Below, piece after piece: positions 20,398 through 28,890 of a DNA stretch of 64,000 nt. A model generated the notes under the pieces. That model did not search any database, was not told where the DNA came from, and saw nothing but the letters and a program-made list of their open reading frames with translations. Position numbers and translations under genes: made by a program. This stretch comes from Balneola sp. (GTDB lineage: Bacteria; Bacteroidota; Rhodothermia; Balneolales; Balneolaceae), in assembly GCA_048267405.1 (NCBI GenBank), contig JBLWXP010000001.1:20184-84183 (forward strand), given 5' to 3'. Numbering within the stretch: position 1 is the stretch's first letter; every line of letters starts with the position of its first letter.

Positions 20398-20420
20398 GAG
20401 CTTCAGTTTAGCTTTTTACA

Positions 20421-20456
20421 AGCCTGTCACTTCTTTGAAGTGACAGGCTTTTTTTA
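20421..20456 (+). terminator. rho-independent terminator of glyQS
   Basis: AGCCTGTCAC-(9 nt)-GTGACAGGCT followed by TTTTTT. Confidence 0.75.
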
Positions 20457-20466
20457 TGGCTGTAAA

Positions 20467-20856
20467 TTAACTTTCTAAATCTTCTAGCTGAATGTTAAGA
20501 GCTTTAACACTTATCTGAATTTCAATAATTGAAAGACCTAGTGAGATAAGGAGCATAATTAAGCTAATGGCGAATAGAATTTTGCCAGCAAGTATATAAT
20601 CGCCAAAAAGAAGAAACATGCAGAGTACACAAAGAAAAAGTGAGCTTATGCCCATAAGTTGCATGTTTTTAATTAAAACTAGGCGTTTTCTTAAATTCTG
20701 AATCTGTGCTTTTGTGCGCTTGTCTAAATCCCCAGCATTGCCACCATGGAGGTTTCTAATAAGACTTGCGATAGCTAAAAAGCGATTTGTATAAGCTAAT
20801 AGAAGAAGAGAGATAGCGGGGAAAAGAAGAGCAGGGGTAGTTAGCGTAATATCCAT
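20467..20856 (-). CDS. DUF2721 family membrane protein
   Basis: 129 aa. The N-terminus TTPALLFPAISLLLLAYTNRF is typical of DUF2721. Three TM helices. Confidence 0.7.
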   Translation of the reverse strand: MDITLTTPALLFPAISLLLLAYTNRFLAIASLIRNLHGGNAGDLDKRTKAQIQNLRKRLVLIKNMQLMGISSLFLCVLCMFLLFGDYILAGKILFAISLIMLLISLGLSIIEIQISVKALNIQLEDLES

Positions 20857-20866
20857 GGAATAAAAA

Positions 20867-20947
20867 AACCGTTCATTTAAAAAACTTGAGCTTGAAAGAT
20901 AAGGCTCTCAATACTGTATTAGTATTGAATTTTTTAAATGAACGGTT
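20867..20947. repeat. 81-bp element bounded by an 18-bp perfect inverted repeat
   Basis: AACCGTTCATTTAAAAAA (20867-20884) and TTTTTTAAATGAACGGTT (20930-20947) are separated by 45 nt. The spacer contains an inner 8-bp hairpin, TCAATACT/AGTATTGA. Confidence 0.6.
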
Positions 20948-20953
20948 GAAATT

Positions 20954-23900
20954 TTACTTCAGTAAAACCATACGCATAGTTTTGGTTTGGTTACCAGCTA
21001 CGATGCGGTACAAATACACGCCACTTGATAAGTTCTGAGCATCAAAAGTAACAGAGTGAGTACCTGCACTTAATGGTGCGTTGATTAGCGTGCTTACTTT
21101 CTGGCCTAGCATATTATATACTGAAAGTTCAACTTTGCCCGCTTTCTGAATATTAAACGAAATATTAGTAGTTGGGTTAAACGGATTCGGATAGTTTTGT
21201 GAAAGTTCAAATTTGTTAGGGAGGCCAATTTCATCTTCTGAGCTTGTATAAATGCCACCATTTTCTCTGCCAGGTGTACCACCCGCTTTTGTAGCAGAGA
21301 ACCAGCTCTCAGCCAAAGAGTTGTCTGAACTTGCGTCGGTAAGCTCTAAGGTTGGACCATCGCCAGCCGCAGCAGTAGGCCAAGGAGCTTCGTTAGTGTA
21401 AGCAACAATGTCTACAAGAATATCATCATCGTTGAATAGGCGAACTTGGTCGGCACTACTACCAAAGCCAAAGTCGAAGTCTCCAATAACGTTTTCAACG
21501 GAAGTGTTGAATGATGAGAACAGTACTTGATCACGTGTTATCACGAGGTATCCATTTCCGGCAATAGAAGTGCCTTCTGGGAAGATGAACTCGTGAGCAT
21601 CATCGTCGTCTTTTAGAACCCATCCTGATACGTCTACGGCGTCGCCAGAAGTATTGTGAAGTTCAATCCAGTCATCTGTATCAAAGTCATCTGAAGATTT
21701 ATAATTGATTTCATTAATTACAATTATACGCTCAGCAGATTGAAATTGAGCTGTAATGTTAAGAGGTTCAGTAGTTAATGGCATAGAGAAAGAAGCGGAT
21801 GATGAAACATTTTCATCATTCACAATCCATCCAGCGAACTCAAAACCTGGCGCAGCTGTTGCGTTGAGGTATAATTCGGTGCCTTCAAAATAAATACCAG
21901 ACCAATCGCCATTAGAAAGAGTAGGCTTGATGGTGTTTAACTGTATAAAACCATTTTCGATGTTATTGAGGTTTACACGAACAGTGTCAACTTGTAAAGT
22001 ATCGGAGATTTCGCCGTACAAATAGTTTGGCATGTCTTCAACATACCATTCGGCAACTGTTCGGACCCATTCCATATCATAATCAGTTGGGCCACCATTA
22101 TCATACCAGCCGTCAGTCCAACGGTCAATATCTTGCTGAATTTCAGGTTCAATAGAATTATCAATAGAATCAATTAAAGCCATCATGTAATCAGGCTTAA
22201 AAGCTGTGTTCATTAAGTCGGCAATACGAGTTAAGAAAATCTCTTTATAGGTATCATTTTTCATTAACCTACCTAATAATTGATACCCACCAGTCTCGTC
22301 AGTTAAAAAGCGTCTAAATGAGCTGAAATAATTAGAAGGATCTTCTTCACCCAGGTTTTGCCACCAATCGAAATCATAAGAAACATAATGCCATTTCTTA
22401 GTGTTTACGGTTTCAAAAGCATTGTTCGCTGTTGGTAACCAAAACCGTGGGTTTTCGATTCCATTTGCATCTCTATCTTTCCAATATCGGATGTTATTTT
22501 CATCACCATGAGAAGTGTAAATTTGATAAATCCAGTGATCTGTAAAACTTTCAATATCCAAAACAGAATCTAGGTATTGGTAAAATTCATCACCAGTTAA
22601 AGATTCGTCTAAGAAATGATCAATCATATCTTCGTAGGCTTCGTAATCACCGTCGGTTGCAGTATCATAGCCTTTAACCATATCAATGTCTTTTGCACCA
22701 TAACGAGTTTCAATGAAATCGTCATTCTTTCTTTCAAGAAGAGAGTAGATTCCCCAGTATTTACCATTTATATAAAGTATAACAGGACGAGTGCCTTGCA
22801 TAGCATTGGCATGATTCCACTCGAGATTCACGGTTCTTAGCATTTCGTTTAATAAGCGTGAGCGCTCTTCAGCACCAGCGCGAAGTACAAATCCGTCGTA
22901 CTCATTGTAACTGTTCTCTGAGAAAAGAGGATAGGTAAAAGTGTTAGTGCCGTACTTATCGTTATTGTTTATAGTGAACGATTTTTTTGGAAATGCTCGA
23001 CTGAAATTACCAGCTATTTCGGCTTCTGCATCAAATTCAAAACCTATATTTCCATTTTCATCTAAATACTCTATATGTACAGGGTAGGCAACCTCGTCCC
23101 AGAAGTTAGCTCCAACAAAAGGATATTCTCCGGTAGTCTCAGAAGAATCGCCAATTACATACATTCCTTTATCATAATCGAATAATGAATCAGGTTCCAT
23201 TACAAAAGAAACGACAGGAATGGTGTGCTGTGATCCAATTATATAAGTATTGGTGGCTATGTTACTAGCGTCTTTGCCGGCCTCAAAAGCAATTGCTCTT
23301 AAAACAATAGAGGTATCGGTTGTAATTGGTGAAGAATAAACTGAAGAATTAATGGTAGGTACTGAACCATTAAGTGTGTAGTGTATTTCTGCACTTTCGT
23401 TTTCAGAGGAAAGTGCAACAGTTAAACCTGCAGAGTAAAATCCAGAGTTTAAAGAAAATGTTGGGGCGAGCGCCTGTTCGCCAACTATAACTGTGCCTGC
23501 GTTTGATGCATTAGGGCTAGGTGTAGAATAGGAAAATGGGCCTGTTCCATCGGTTTCTCTGGCCCAAGAGATATCTGCAGACTGTTGTGGGAAATTAGTT
23601 GAGTCGATAATTGCAAAGCCATCAGCTGCTGTAATTATAACTGATTCACCAGAAGCTCCAAGTTTAAAATCTAAATGAAGAGGACCTTCTTCTGGAGAAC
23701 TATCTGCCCAGAGAATCATAAAGCCCTTAGCGCCAATAGTAGTACTAGCACTTTGATTGGTAGGTATTTGCCATTTTGTTAATTCATCTGGGTCATCCGA
23801 AAAATAATAACCACCGATATTTATCGAAACATCGCTTGTGTTATAGATTTCAATCCAGTCATCAAAATCGCCGTTTTCATCAGAAAGTGAAGCGTCGTTA

Positions 23901-23992
23901 GAGGCTATAATCTCGTTTACTTTTATCTGAGCACTAGCTGTAAGTGATAGAAGAAATAAGGTTAGAAAGGGAAGGTAGTATCGGTTCTTCAT
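20954..23992 (-). CDS. secreted CotH kinase-family protein flanked by two LTD domains, with T9SS type A C-terminal sorting domain
   Basis: Start chosen at MKNRYYLPFLTLFLLSLTASAQ (23992), which gives a signal peptide. N-terminal LTD is IKVNEIIASN...DDWIEIYN. A chitobiase-C-like segment follows (EIHYTLNGSVP...SSPI). The CotH-like core includes PVILYINGKYWGIYSLLERKNDDF. C-terminal LTD is IIVINEINYKSSD...DDWIELHN. The Por tail is LSQNYPNPFNPTTNISF...SGVYLYRIVAGNQTKTMRMVLLK. Confidence 0.8.
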   Translation of the reverse strand: MKNRYYLPFLTLFLLSLTASAQIKVNEIIASNDASLSDENGDFDDWIEIYNTSDVSINIGGYYFSDDPDELTKWQIPTNQSASTTIGAKGFMILWADSSPEEGPLHLDFKLGASGESVIITAADGFAIIDSTNFPQQSADISWARETDGTGPFSYSTPSPNASNAGTVIVGEQALAPTFSLNSGFYSAGLTVALSSENESAEIHYTLNGSVPTINSSVYSSPITTDTSIVLRAIAFEAGKDASNIATNTYIIGSQHTIPVVSFVMEPDSLFDYDKGMYVIGDSSETTGEYPFVGANFWDEVAYPVHIEYLDENGNIGFEFDAEAEIAGNFSRAFPKKSFTINNNDKYGTNTFTYPLFSENSYNEYDGFVLRAGAEERSRLLNEMLRTVNLEWNHANAMQGTRPVILYINGKYWGIYSLLERKNDDFIETRYGAKDIDMVKGYDTATDGDYEAYEDMIDHFLDESLTGDEFYQYLDSVLDIESFTDHWIYQIYTSHGDENNIRYWKDRDANGIENPRFWLPTANNAFETVNTKKWHYVSYDFDWWQNLGEEDPSNYFSSFRRFLTDETGGYQLLGRLMKNDTYKEIFLTRIADLMNTAFKPDYMMALIDSIDNSIEPEIQQDIDRWTDGWYDNGGPTDYDMEWVRTVAEWYVEDMPNYLYGEISDTLQVDTVRVNLNNIENGFIQLNTIKPTLSNGDWSGIYFEGTELYLNATAAPGFEFAGWIVNDENVSSSASFSMPLTTEPLNITAQFQSAERIIVINEINYKSSDDFDTDDWIELHNTSGDAVDVSGWVLKDDDDAHEFIFPEGTSIAGNGYLVITRDQVLFSSFNTSVENVIGDFDFGFGSSADQVRLFNDDDILVDIVAYTNEAPWPTAAAGDGPTLELTDASSDNSLAESWFSATKAGGTPGRENGGIYTSSEDEIGLPNKFELSQNYPNPFNPTTNISFNIQKAGKVELSVYNMLGQKVSTLINAPLSAGTHSVTFDAQNLSSGVYLYRIVAGNQTKTMRMVLLK

Positions 23993-24152
23993 AAGGTGTC
24001 TTTTTGATAAATTATCGGACGATTCCAGCAATTATAAAGTAAAAAATATATTTCAATAAAATATAAAGAGTTAAAGCATAGTATAGCACATTAAGAAATG
24101 TTAAGCTTTTACTGAATTGTTGGTTAATGTTTTTAGGTGAGCTGATAAATGA

Positions 24153-24190
24153 GCAAAAAAAAGCCAACCTTGAAACTTCAAGATTGGCTT
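24153..24190 (-). terminator. rho-independent terminator of sodC
   Basis: The minus strand has a 14-bp stem (13 of 14 paired), AAGCCAATCTTGAA-GT-TTCAAGGTTGGCTT, followed by TTTTTT. It lies 19 nt after the sodC stop. Confidence 0.7.
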
Positions 24191-24208
24191 AAATATATTA
24201 CTAATCTG

Positions 24209-24748
24209 TTACTTGGCTACGCCTATAACACCACAAGAAATACGTGGGCCAGCTGCACCAGAAGGTTGAGATTTTAAGTCATCAGTTCCTGCATGAATGA
24301 TTACGCCACGACCTAAAATCTCTTGGATGGAAATAGTTTTATCGGTATAAGAAATGCTACTAACGGCATTCTTTCCGGCGCCTTGTAAATTCCCCATGTC
24401 TCCCATATGACGCTCCATTGCTTCAGGGTTGCTGTGTTCCATGTTATCTGGGTTGAAATGCCCTCCTGCAGATGTTCCGTCGGTGGCAGTGCAATCACCA
24501 TATTGGTGAATATGGAAACCGTGTTTAGAATCGGTTAGTCCATTAATTTTGGCATCTACTTTTACTCCGTCAGATGTTTGCTCAAACGTAACGATACCAT
24601 TAACGTCATTGTCTCCTAATCCAGTGAGAGAAGCAATGGCTCTCTCTACTTTTGGGCCATCATAGTGTCTTTCTATTTCAATTTCTTCCGTTTTTGTGCA
24701 AGCTGTAATAAGTGTTGCGATAAATAATACCGCGAATAAATTTTTCAT
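24209..24748 (-). CDS. sodC: Cu/Zn superoxide dismutase (lipoprotein-type signal)
   Basis: 179 aa. Motifs seen: HGFHIHQYGDC, GGHFNP, HAGTDD...GAAGPRISCGVIG. The signal peptide ends in LITAC. Confidence 0.9.
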   Translation of the reverse strand: MKNLFAVLFIATLITACTKTEEIEIERHYDGPKVERAIASLTGLGDNDVNGIVTFEQTSDGVKVDAKINGLTDSKHGFHIHQYGDCTATDGTSAGGHFNPDNMEHSNPEAMERHMGDMGNLQGAGKNAVSSISYTDKTISIQEILGRGVIIHAGTDDLKSQPSGAAGPRISCGVIGVAK

Positions 24749-24809
24749 GTTCAGTTCTTATAATCTAGTTCGAGTTTTTCTAGTTGTTTTAACGAGAATA
24801 TGTGCTCAT

Positions 24810-26087
24810 TCATTCACTTGGAAAAAGAGAGCTTCTCAATTTTTTGAAAGTATCTAATGAGGAAACGAAATTAGCGTACTCCTCTGGTTGTTTCGTAGCA
24901 AAATCTTTCAACTTCTGCTTCTCTTTTTTATGTTTAAAAATATCCTTAGCAGACTTAAAAAAGCGACATGTAAAAACGCTGAGTACGAGATACCCTAATA
25001 GATATAAGGTAGGAACTCCAACCAACCATAGTATGAGTGTGATCAATACGTAGAATATTGGGAAAACCAATAAGCCTAAAAGGAGCTTAATTGAAGCGTC
25101 AAAGGCATGGTCTTCAATTTTATCAACTATGTTTCGGATAGGTTGATATGGGATAATATTGTTAAGGAAAGCAAATAAGTATACCGGGAAAAAGACAATC
25201 ATATTCCAACGCGACTTGATAAGCCCCGCTGCAATTCTAATATTCAAATTGTTTTTTTCTGCGATTTCAGAAACATTATCTGCTTTTTGAATAAGCTCTT
25301 CATTGGCTTCTTTCGCAACTATTGCCACTCTTTCATTCATTAAGTCGGCATTGGCGATGAGTTCACGTTTTGGTTCAAGTTCATCGAGAATTAAGCGATG
25401 CACATTATACTGATCCAATTTCGGAACATGCATAATCAACGGCTTCATGTTCTCCGCAGTACGATTCTTGAGTTCGTTTGCCGCCTTGCGCTCGTCTTTT
25501 TCGTAAAGCTCTTTAAAGTCTGAAATTGGAATTGGATCACCAAAAACGACAGATACGTGATTTCTAGAGTGGCGATGGTCGCCGTAATTTACACCAACTG
25601 GTTGTATGTGCATTCCAAACTCCCAGTTATTCTGTATTTCAGCATCAAAAGCGATACGTGTAAAGCCTTTACTTAGTGGACGTAATCTTCTTTTTAAATC
25701 ATGGTTTGCTTCCGCAAAAATAAGAATGGCGCTACCCTTTGCTAAGTAGTCTAAGCATCGTTCAAAAATCTCTTTATTTTTTTGGATAGAGCTAAAGCCA
25801 TCTCTAACGCGATATACGGGAAGCATATTAAGCGAGCTAATTAAAGCGCCTATTGCAGGTGGGTTAAATGCTTTTGCGCGAGTTAAATAATAAGTTACGG
25901 GCTTGTAGTTTACGGTAACAACTAGCGCATCCATAAACGAGTTCTGATGATTAGGAACCAACAACAAGGGTTTGTTCTTGGGCACTTTTTCCAAGCCTTT
26001 TACTTCTACTTTTTTATAAAAGAAGAAAAGTGCAAAGTTGACGGCTACAAGCCTTATAAATTGGTACCAAGGTAGATTTTTACGCAT
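24810..26087 (-). CDS. 1-acyl-sn-glycerol-3-phosphate acyltransferase-like (PlsC family) membrane protein
   Basis: HX4D motif PNHQNSFMD is present, with C-terminal TM helices. I chose the start at MRKNLPWYQF (26087), giving an 8-nt overlap with the upstream stop. The track start at 26153 would overlap the symporter gene by 74 nt. Confidence 0.7.
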   Translation of the reverse strand: MRKNLPWYQFIRLVAVNFALFFFYKKVEVKGLEKVPKNKPLLLVPNHQNSFMDALVVTVNYKPVTYYLTRAKAFNPPAIGALISSLNMLPVYRVRDGFSSIQKNKEIFERCLDYLAKGSAILIFAEANHDLKRRLRPLSKGFTRIAFDAEIQNNWEFGMHIQPVGVNYGDHRHSRNHVSVVFGDPIPISDFKELYEKDERKAANELKNRTAENMKPLIMHVPKLDQYNVHRLILDELEPKRELIANADLMNERVAIVAKEANEELIQKADNVSEIAEKNNLNIRIAAGLIKSRWNMIVFFPVYLFAFLNNIIPYQPIRNIVDKIEDHAFDASIKLLLGLLVFPIFYVLITLILWLVGVPTLYLLGYLVLSVFTCRFFKSAKDIFKHKKEKQKLKDFATKQPEEYANFVSSLDTFKKLRSSLFPSE

Positions 26088-27006
26088 TAGAGAAGACGCG
26101 CTGTAAAGCTGATTTACCGATAGACCAGTACCAAGCCATGCCAAAGCCAGCAATAATGTGCCAAATTGACCACCAAGCTGTTATTAAAGCCATGCCGCCG
26201 AGCCCATCGAAAAAGTTAAAGATTAAAAGTAGACCAAGCCCTGAATTTTGTATCCCCGTCTCAATAGAAATAGATTTACGATCTTCATAAGGCAGCCCAA
26301 AAAGAGAAGCAATGCTATAACCCGATGTTAATGCTATTGCGTTGTGTATTAGAACTAATATAAAAACATATTCAACATAATTGATGAAATTATCGAAATT
26401 CATCATAAAAGCAACAACTACAAATCCACCAAAGAAAAGTACGCCAAAACCCTTAATCCAAGGGCTTATTTTTTGTGAAATTGTAGGCTTATAATTGTTT
26501 AGAAGTAGGCCTAAAATCAATGGTATTCCAAGTATTAGAGCAATTACCTTTACAACTTCCCAAATATCAATGCTTATTTCTTGAAGGATGGCATTTGTAG
26601 GCTCATAAAAGCTGGCCCAAAGTGCAAAATTGAGGGGAGTCATTACAATAGAAAGTAATGTTGCAACTGCAGTCATACTTACGGATAGAGCGATATTACC
26701 TTTTGATAACAAGGAGAAGAAGTTGGAGATATTACCACCTGGGCATGCAGCTACCATCATCATTCCTAAAGCAACACTTGGTGCTGGCTCTAGAGTAATT
26801 ATAATTAGAAATGTGAGAAAAGGGAGCAGTATAAATTGAGAGAGAGAACCAATAATAGTTGACTTAGGATTTTTCGCTACATCTTTAAAATCTTGGAAGG
26901 AAAGTTCTAGCGCTACACCAAACATAATTACGGCTAATGATATATTCATTACCATTAAGCCGCCTGATCCCAAATTTAACCGAAGTGCATCTATTGATTC
27001 CGCCAT
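26080..27006 (-). CDS. bile acid:sodium symporter (BASS) family transporter
   Basis: 308 aa, polytopic. The N-terminus LNLGSGGLMVMNISLAVIMFGVALELSFQDFKDV and the segment AACPGGNISN are typical of the BASS/SBF family. Confidence 0.8.
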   Translation of the reverse strand: MAESIDALRLNLGSGGLMVMNISLAVIMFGVALELSFQDFKDVAKNPKSTIIGSLSQFILLPFLTFLIIITLEPAPSVALGMMMVAACPGGNISNFFSLLSKGNIALSVSMTAVATLLSIVMTPLNFALWASFYEPTNAILQEISIDIWEVVKVIALILGIPLILGLLLNNYKPTISQKISPWIKGFGVLFFGGFVVVAFMMNFDNFINYVEYVFILVLIHNAIALTSGYSIASLFGLPYEDRKSISIETGIQNSGLGLLLIFNFFDGLGGMALITAWWSIWHIIAGFGMAWYWSIGKSALQRVFSNA

Positions 27007-27097
27007 ACCGAAAAGGTAAAGAAAGACACGATTTTAGCCTAGTGCAAAGTTGAGTTAACGCACATAAAGGTTAAAGCTATAATTATACACTGATTAC

Positions 27098-27865
27098 CTA
27101 TTCATTAATATATCTTTCGGCCCATGTTCCTAAAACGTGGCCAACATATTCGCTATCAGCTTTGTTCTGTAATAGATGATCTGCGGTATCTAGGGAAATA
27201 AAACTTTTTGGATGTTTTGCTGCTTGGAAAATCTTGCCTGCATTATCAATCCCAACGGTGTTATCTATGGGCGAGTGAAATACAATGAGCGCAGTTCTGA
27301 GATTGTTGATGAACCCATGCATTTTGGACTCTTCTAAATCGTCCACAAATTGTTTTTTTATGGTGAATGGTCTTCCCGCAAGGCTTACTGATGCGAAGCC
27401 TTTAGCTTCAATTTCATCTAAGCTCATCTTAAAATTATCCTTTACATGAGCAGGTTCGGCTGGAGCGCCAATGGTAGCAACAGCTCGGATACTTTTAATT
27501 CTATGCGTTGCTTGTAATACTGCAGCACCTCCCAGAGAATGGCCAATTAAAATACTAGGTGCTTCTTTAAGTTCGCTGGTCATAAAATTTGCAGCAGCAA
27601 CTAAGTCATCAACGTTAGAAGAGAAATTGGTGTCTGCAAAATTCCCATCACTTTGTCCGAGTCCAGTAAAGTCGAAGCGGAAAGTAGCAATACCAATACT
27701 AGCTAGTGCTTTTGTAATGTGCCCAACCGCTTTTAGATCTTTAGAACAGGTAAAACAGTGTGCAAACAGGGCGCATGCTTTTACGGCTCCATTTTTAGGA
27801 AGGTCTATTTTGGCTGAAAGTGTATCACCAAATGCACCTTGAAATTCTACTTTTTTGGATTGCAT
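27098..27865 (-). CDS. alpha/beta hydrolase
   Basis: 255 aa. Nucleophile elbow GHSLGG is present, with Asp/His-containing segments near the C-terminus (DTADHLL). Confidence 0.75.
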   Translation of the reverse strand: MQSKKVEFQGAFGDTLSAKIDLPKNGAVKACALFAHCFTCSKDLKAVGHITKALASIGIATFRFDFTGLGQSDGNFADTNFSSNVDDLVAAANFMTSELKEAPSILIGHSLGGAAVLQATHRIKSIRAVATIGAPAEPAHVKDNFKMSLDEIEAKGFASVSLAGRPFTIKKQFVDDLEESKMHGFINNLRTALIVFHSPIDNTVGIDNAGKIFQAAKHPKSFISLDTADHLLQNKADSEYVGHVLGTWAERYINE

Positions 27866-27951
27866 GATGTTAGTATAATAAGTTCGTTGTTAACTATAAA
27901 CTGCCGCACATCTTGAGAGTTCAATGGTGCTTAGTGGCTAATAATGTAAAT

Positions 27952-28377
27952 ATGAAACAAAACATTCCACCTTTTCATTTGGCATTCCCAGTAAAAGATC
28001 TCAAAGAAACACTAAGCTTTTATACAGAGATTTTAGGTTGTAGCACAGGTAGAACTTCTGACCAGTGGATAGATTTTAATATGTGGGGACATCAAGTTGT
28101 TGCGCATTTAAGTCCAGATGAAGTAGGTGAAGCCGCTAAAAACTCTGTAGATGGGCACGGAGTTCCGGTTCGTCATTTTGGGGTAATACTAGAAATGAAC
28201 GAGTGGCACGCTCTAGCTGAAAAAGTGAAAAATGCAGGCGTTGAGTTCGTTATTGAGCCTTACATTCGTTTTGAAGGTGAACCAGGTGAGCAAGCAACCA
28301 TGTTCTTTTTAGACCCTAGCGGAAATGCGCTAGAGTTTAAAGCATTTGCAGATAGAAGTCAGATTTTTGCAATCTGA
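27952..28377 (+). CDS. VOC (glyoxalase/bleomycin-resistance/extradiol dioxygenase) family protein
   Basis: Start chosen at ATG 27952 ([17 protein letters not shown]...FYTEILG), the typical VOC beta-alpha-beta-beta-beta start. A second half-domain carries [11 protein letters not shown]. Confidence 0.7.
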   Translation: MKQNIPPFHLAFPVKDLKETLSFYTEILGCSTGRTSDQWIDFNMWGHQVVAHLSPDEVGEAAKNSVDGHGVPVRHFGVILEMNEWHALAEKVKNAGVEFVIEPYIRFEGEPGEQATMFFLDPSGNALEFKAFADRSQIFAI

Positions 28378-28380
28378 TTT

Positions 28381-28890
28381 CTAATTAGATTGAGGTGTTT
28401 GTGTGAACTCATTAGTGAGGTAAGTTCCAAAAGAAACTACACTTTGAGCTTCCCAACTGTTTAGCAAATTGGCCTCAGGGTTAATATATTCATAGCTTCG
28501 AGCTACACCGTTGTTGTTAATCGTAAAGTAATATTTCTGTGAAATACTGGATAGCTTAGTTGATAAATTTCCTTTTGTATCAACTTGATTCGGTAACTCT
28601 AAGATCTCGAAATGGTCTAGAATTAATTCAAATTCTTCCCAACCTTGTGTTGGTTCGATGGTAAAAATCTCAGCGGTGTTATTCTCACTTGATGAACCAA
28701 CCTTTTTAGTTCCAGACCAAACAGAACCTGTTTTTAGAAATTGGTAGAGTTCATTCTGGACTTGAACGGATAATTCTATTTTATTTAGCTTAGGAGCTAC
28801 TTCAGAGGTAGCATCTAGCTTTGTTGAGGAACAATTTATAACTGTTAACAAAGCTATAATTAGGTAAAGGGAGGCTTTCAAAGATTTCAT
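28381..28890 (-). CDS. hypothetical lipoprotein
   Basis: 169 aa. Signal MKSLKASLYLIIALLTVINCSS has a Cys after the hydrophobic core. ATGA overlap with the upstream ABC-F stop. Confidence 0.5.
   Translation of the reverse strand: MKSLKASLYLIIALLTVINCSSTKLDATSEVAPKLNKIELSVQVQNELYQFLKTGSVWSGTKKVGSSSENNTAEIFTIEPTQGWEEFELILDHFEILELPNQVDTKGNLSTKLSSISQKYYFTINNNGVARSYEYINPEANLLNSWEAQSVVSFGTYLTNEFTQTPQSN

Noticed and set aside
26088-26153. Longer start for the acyltransferase gene (track start at 26153).
   Set aside because: It would overlap the upstream symporter gene by 74 nt. ATG 26087 gives the common short overlap with the upstream stop and retains all conserved motifs.
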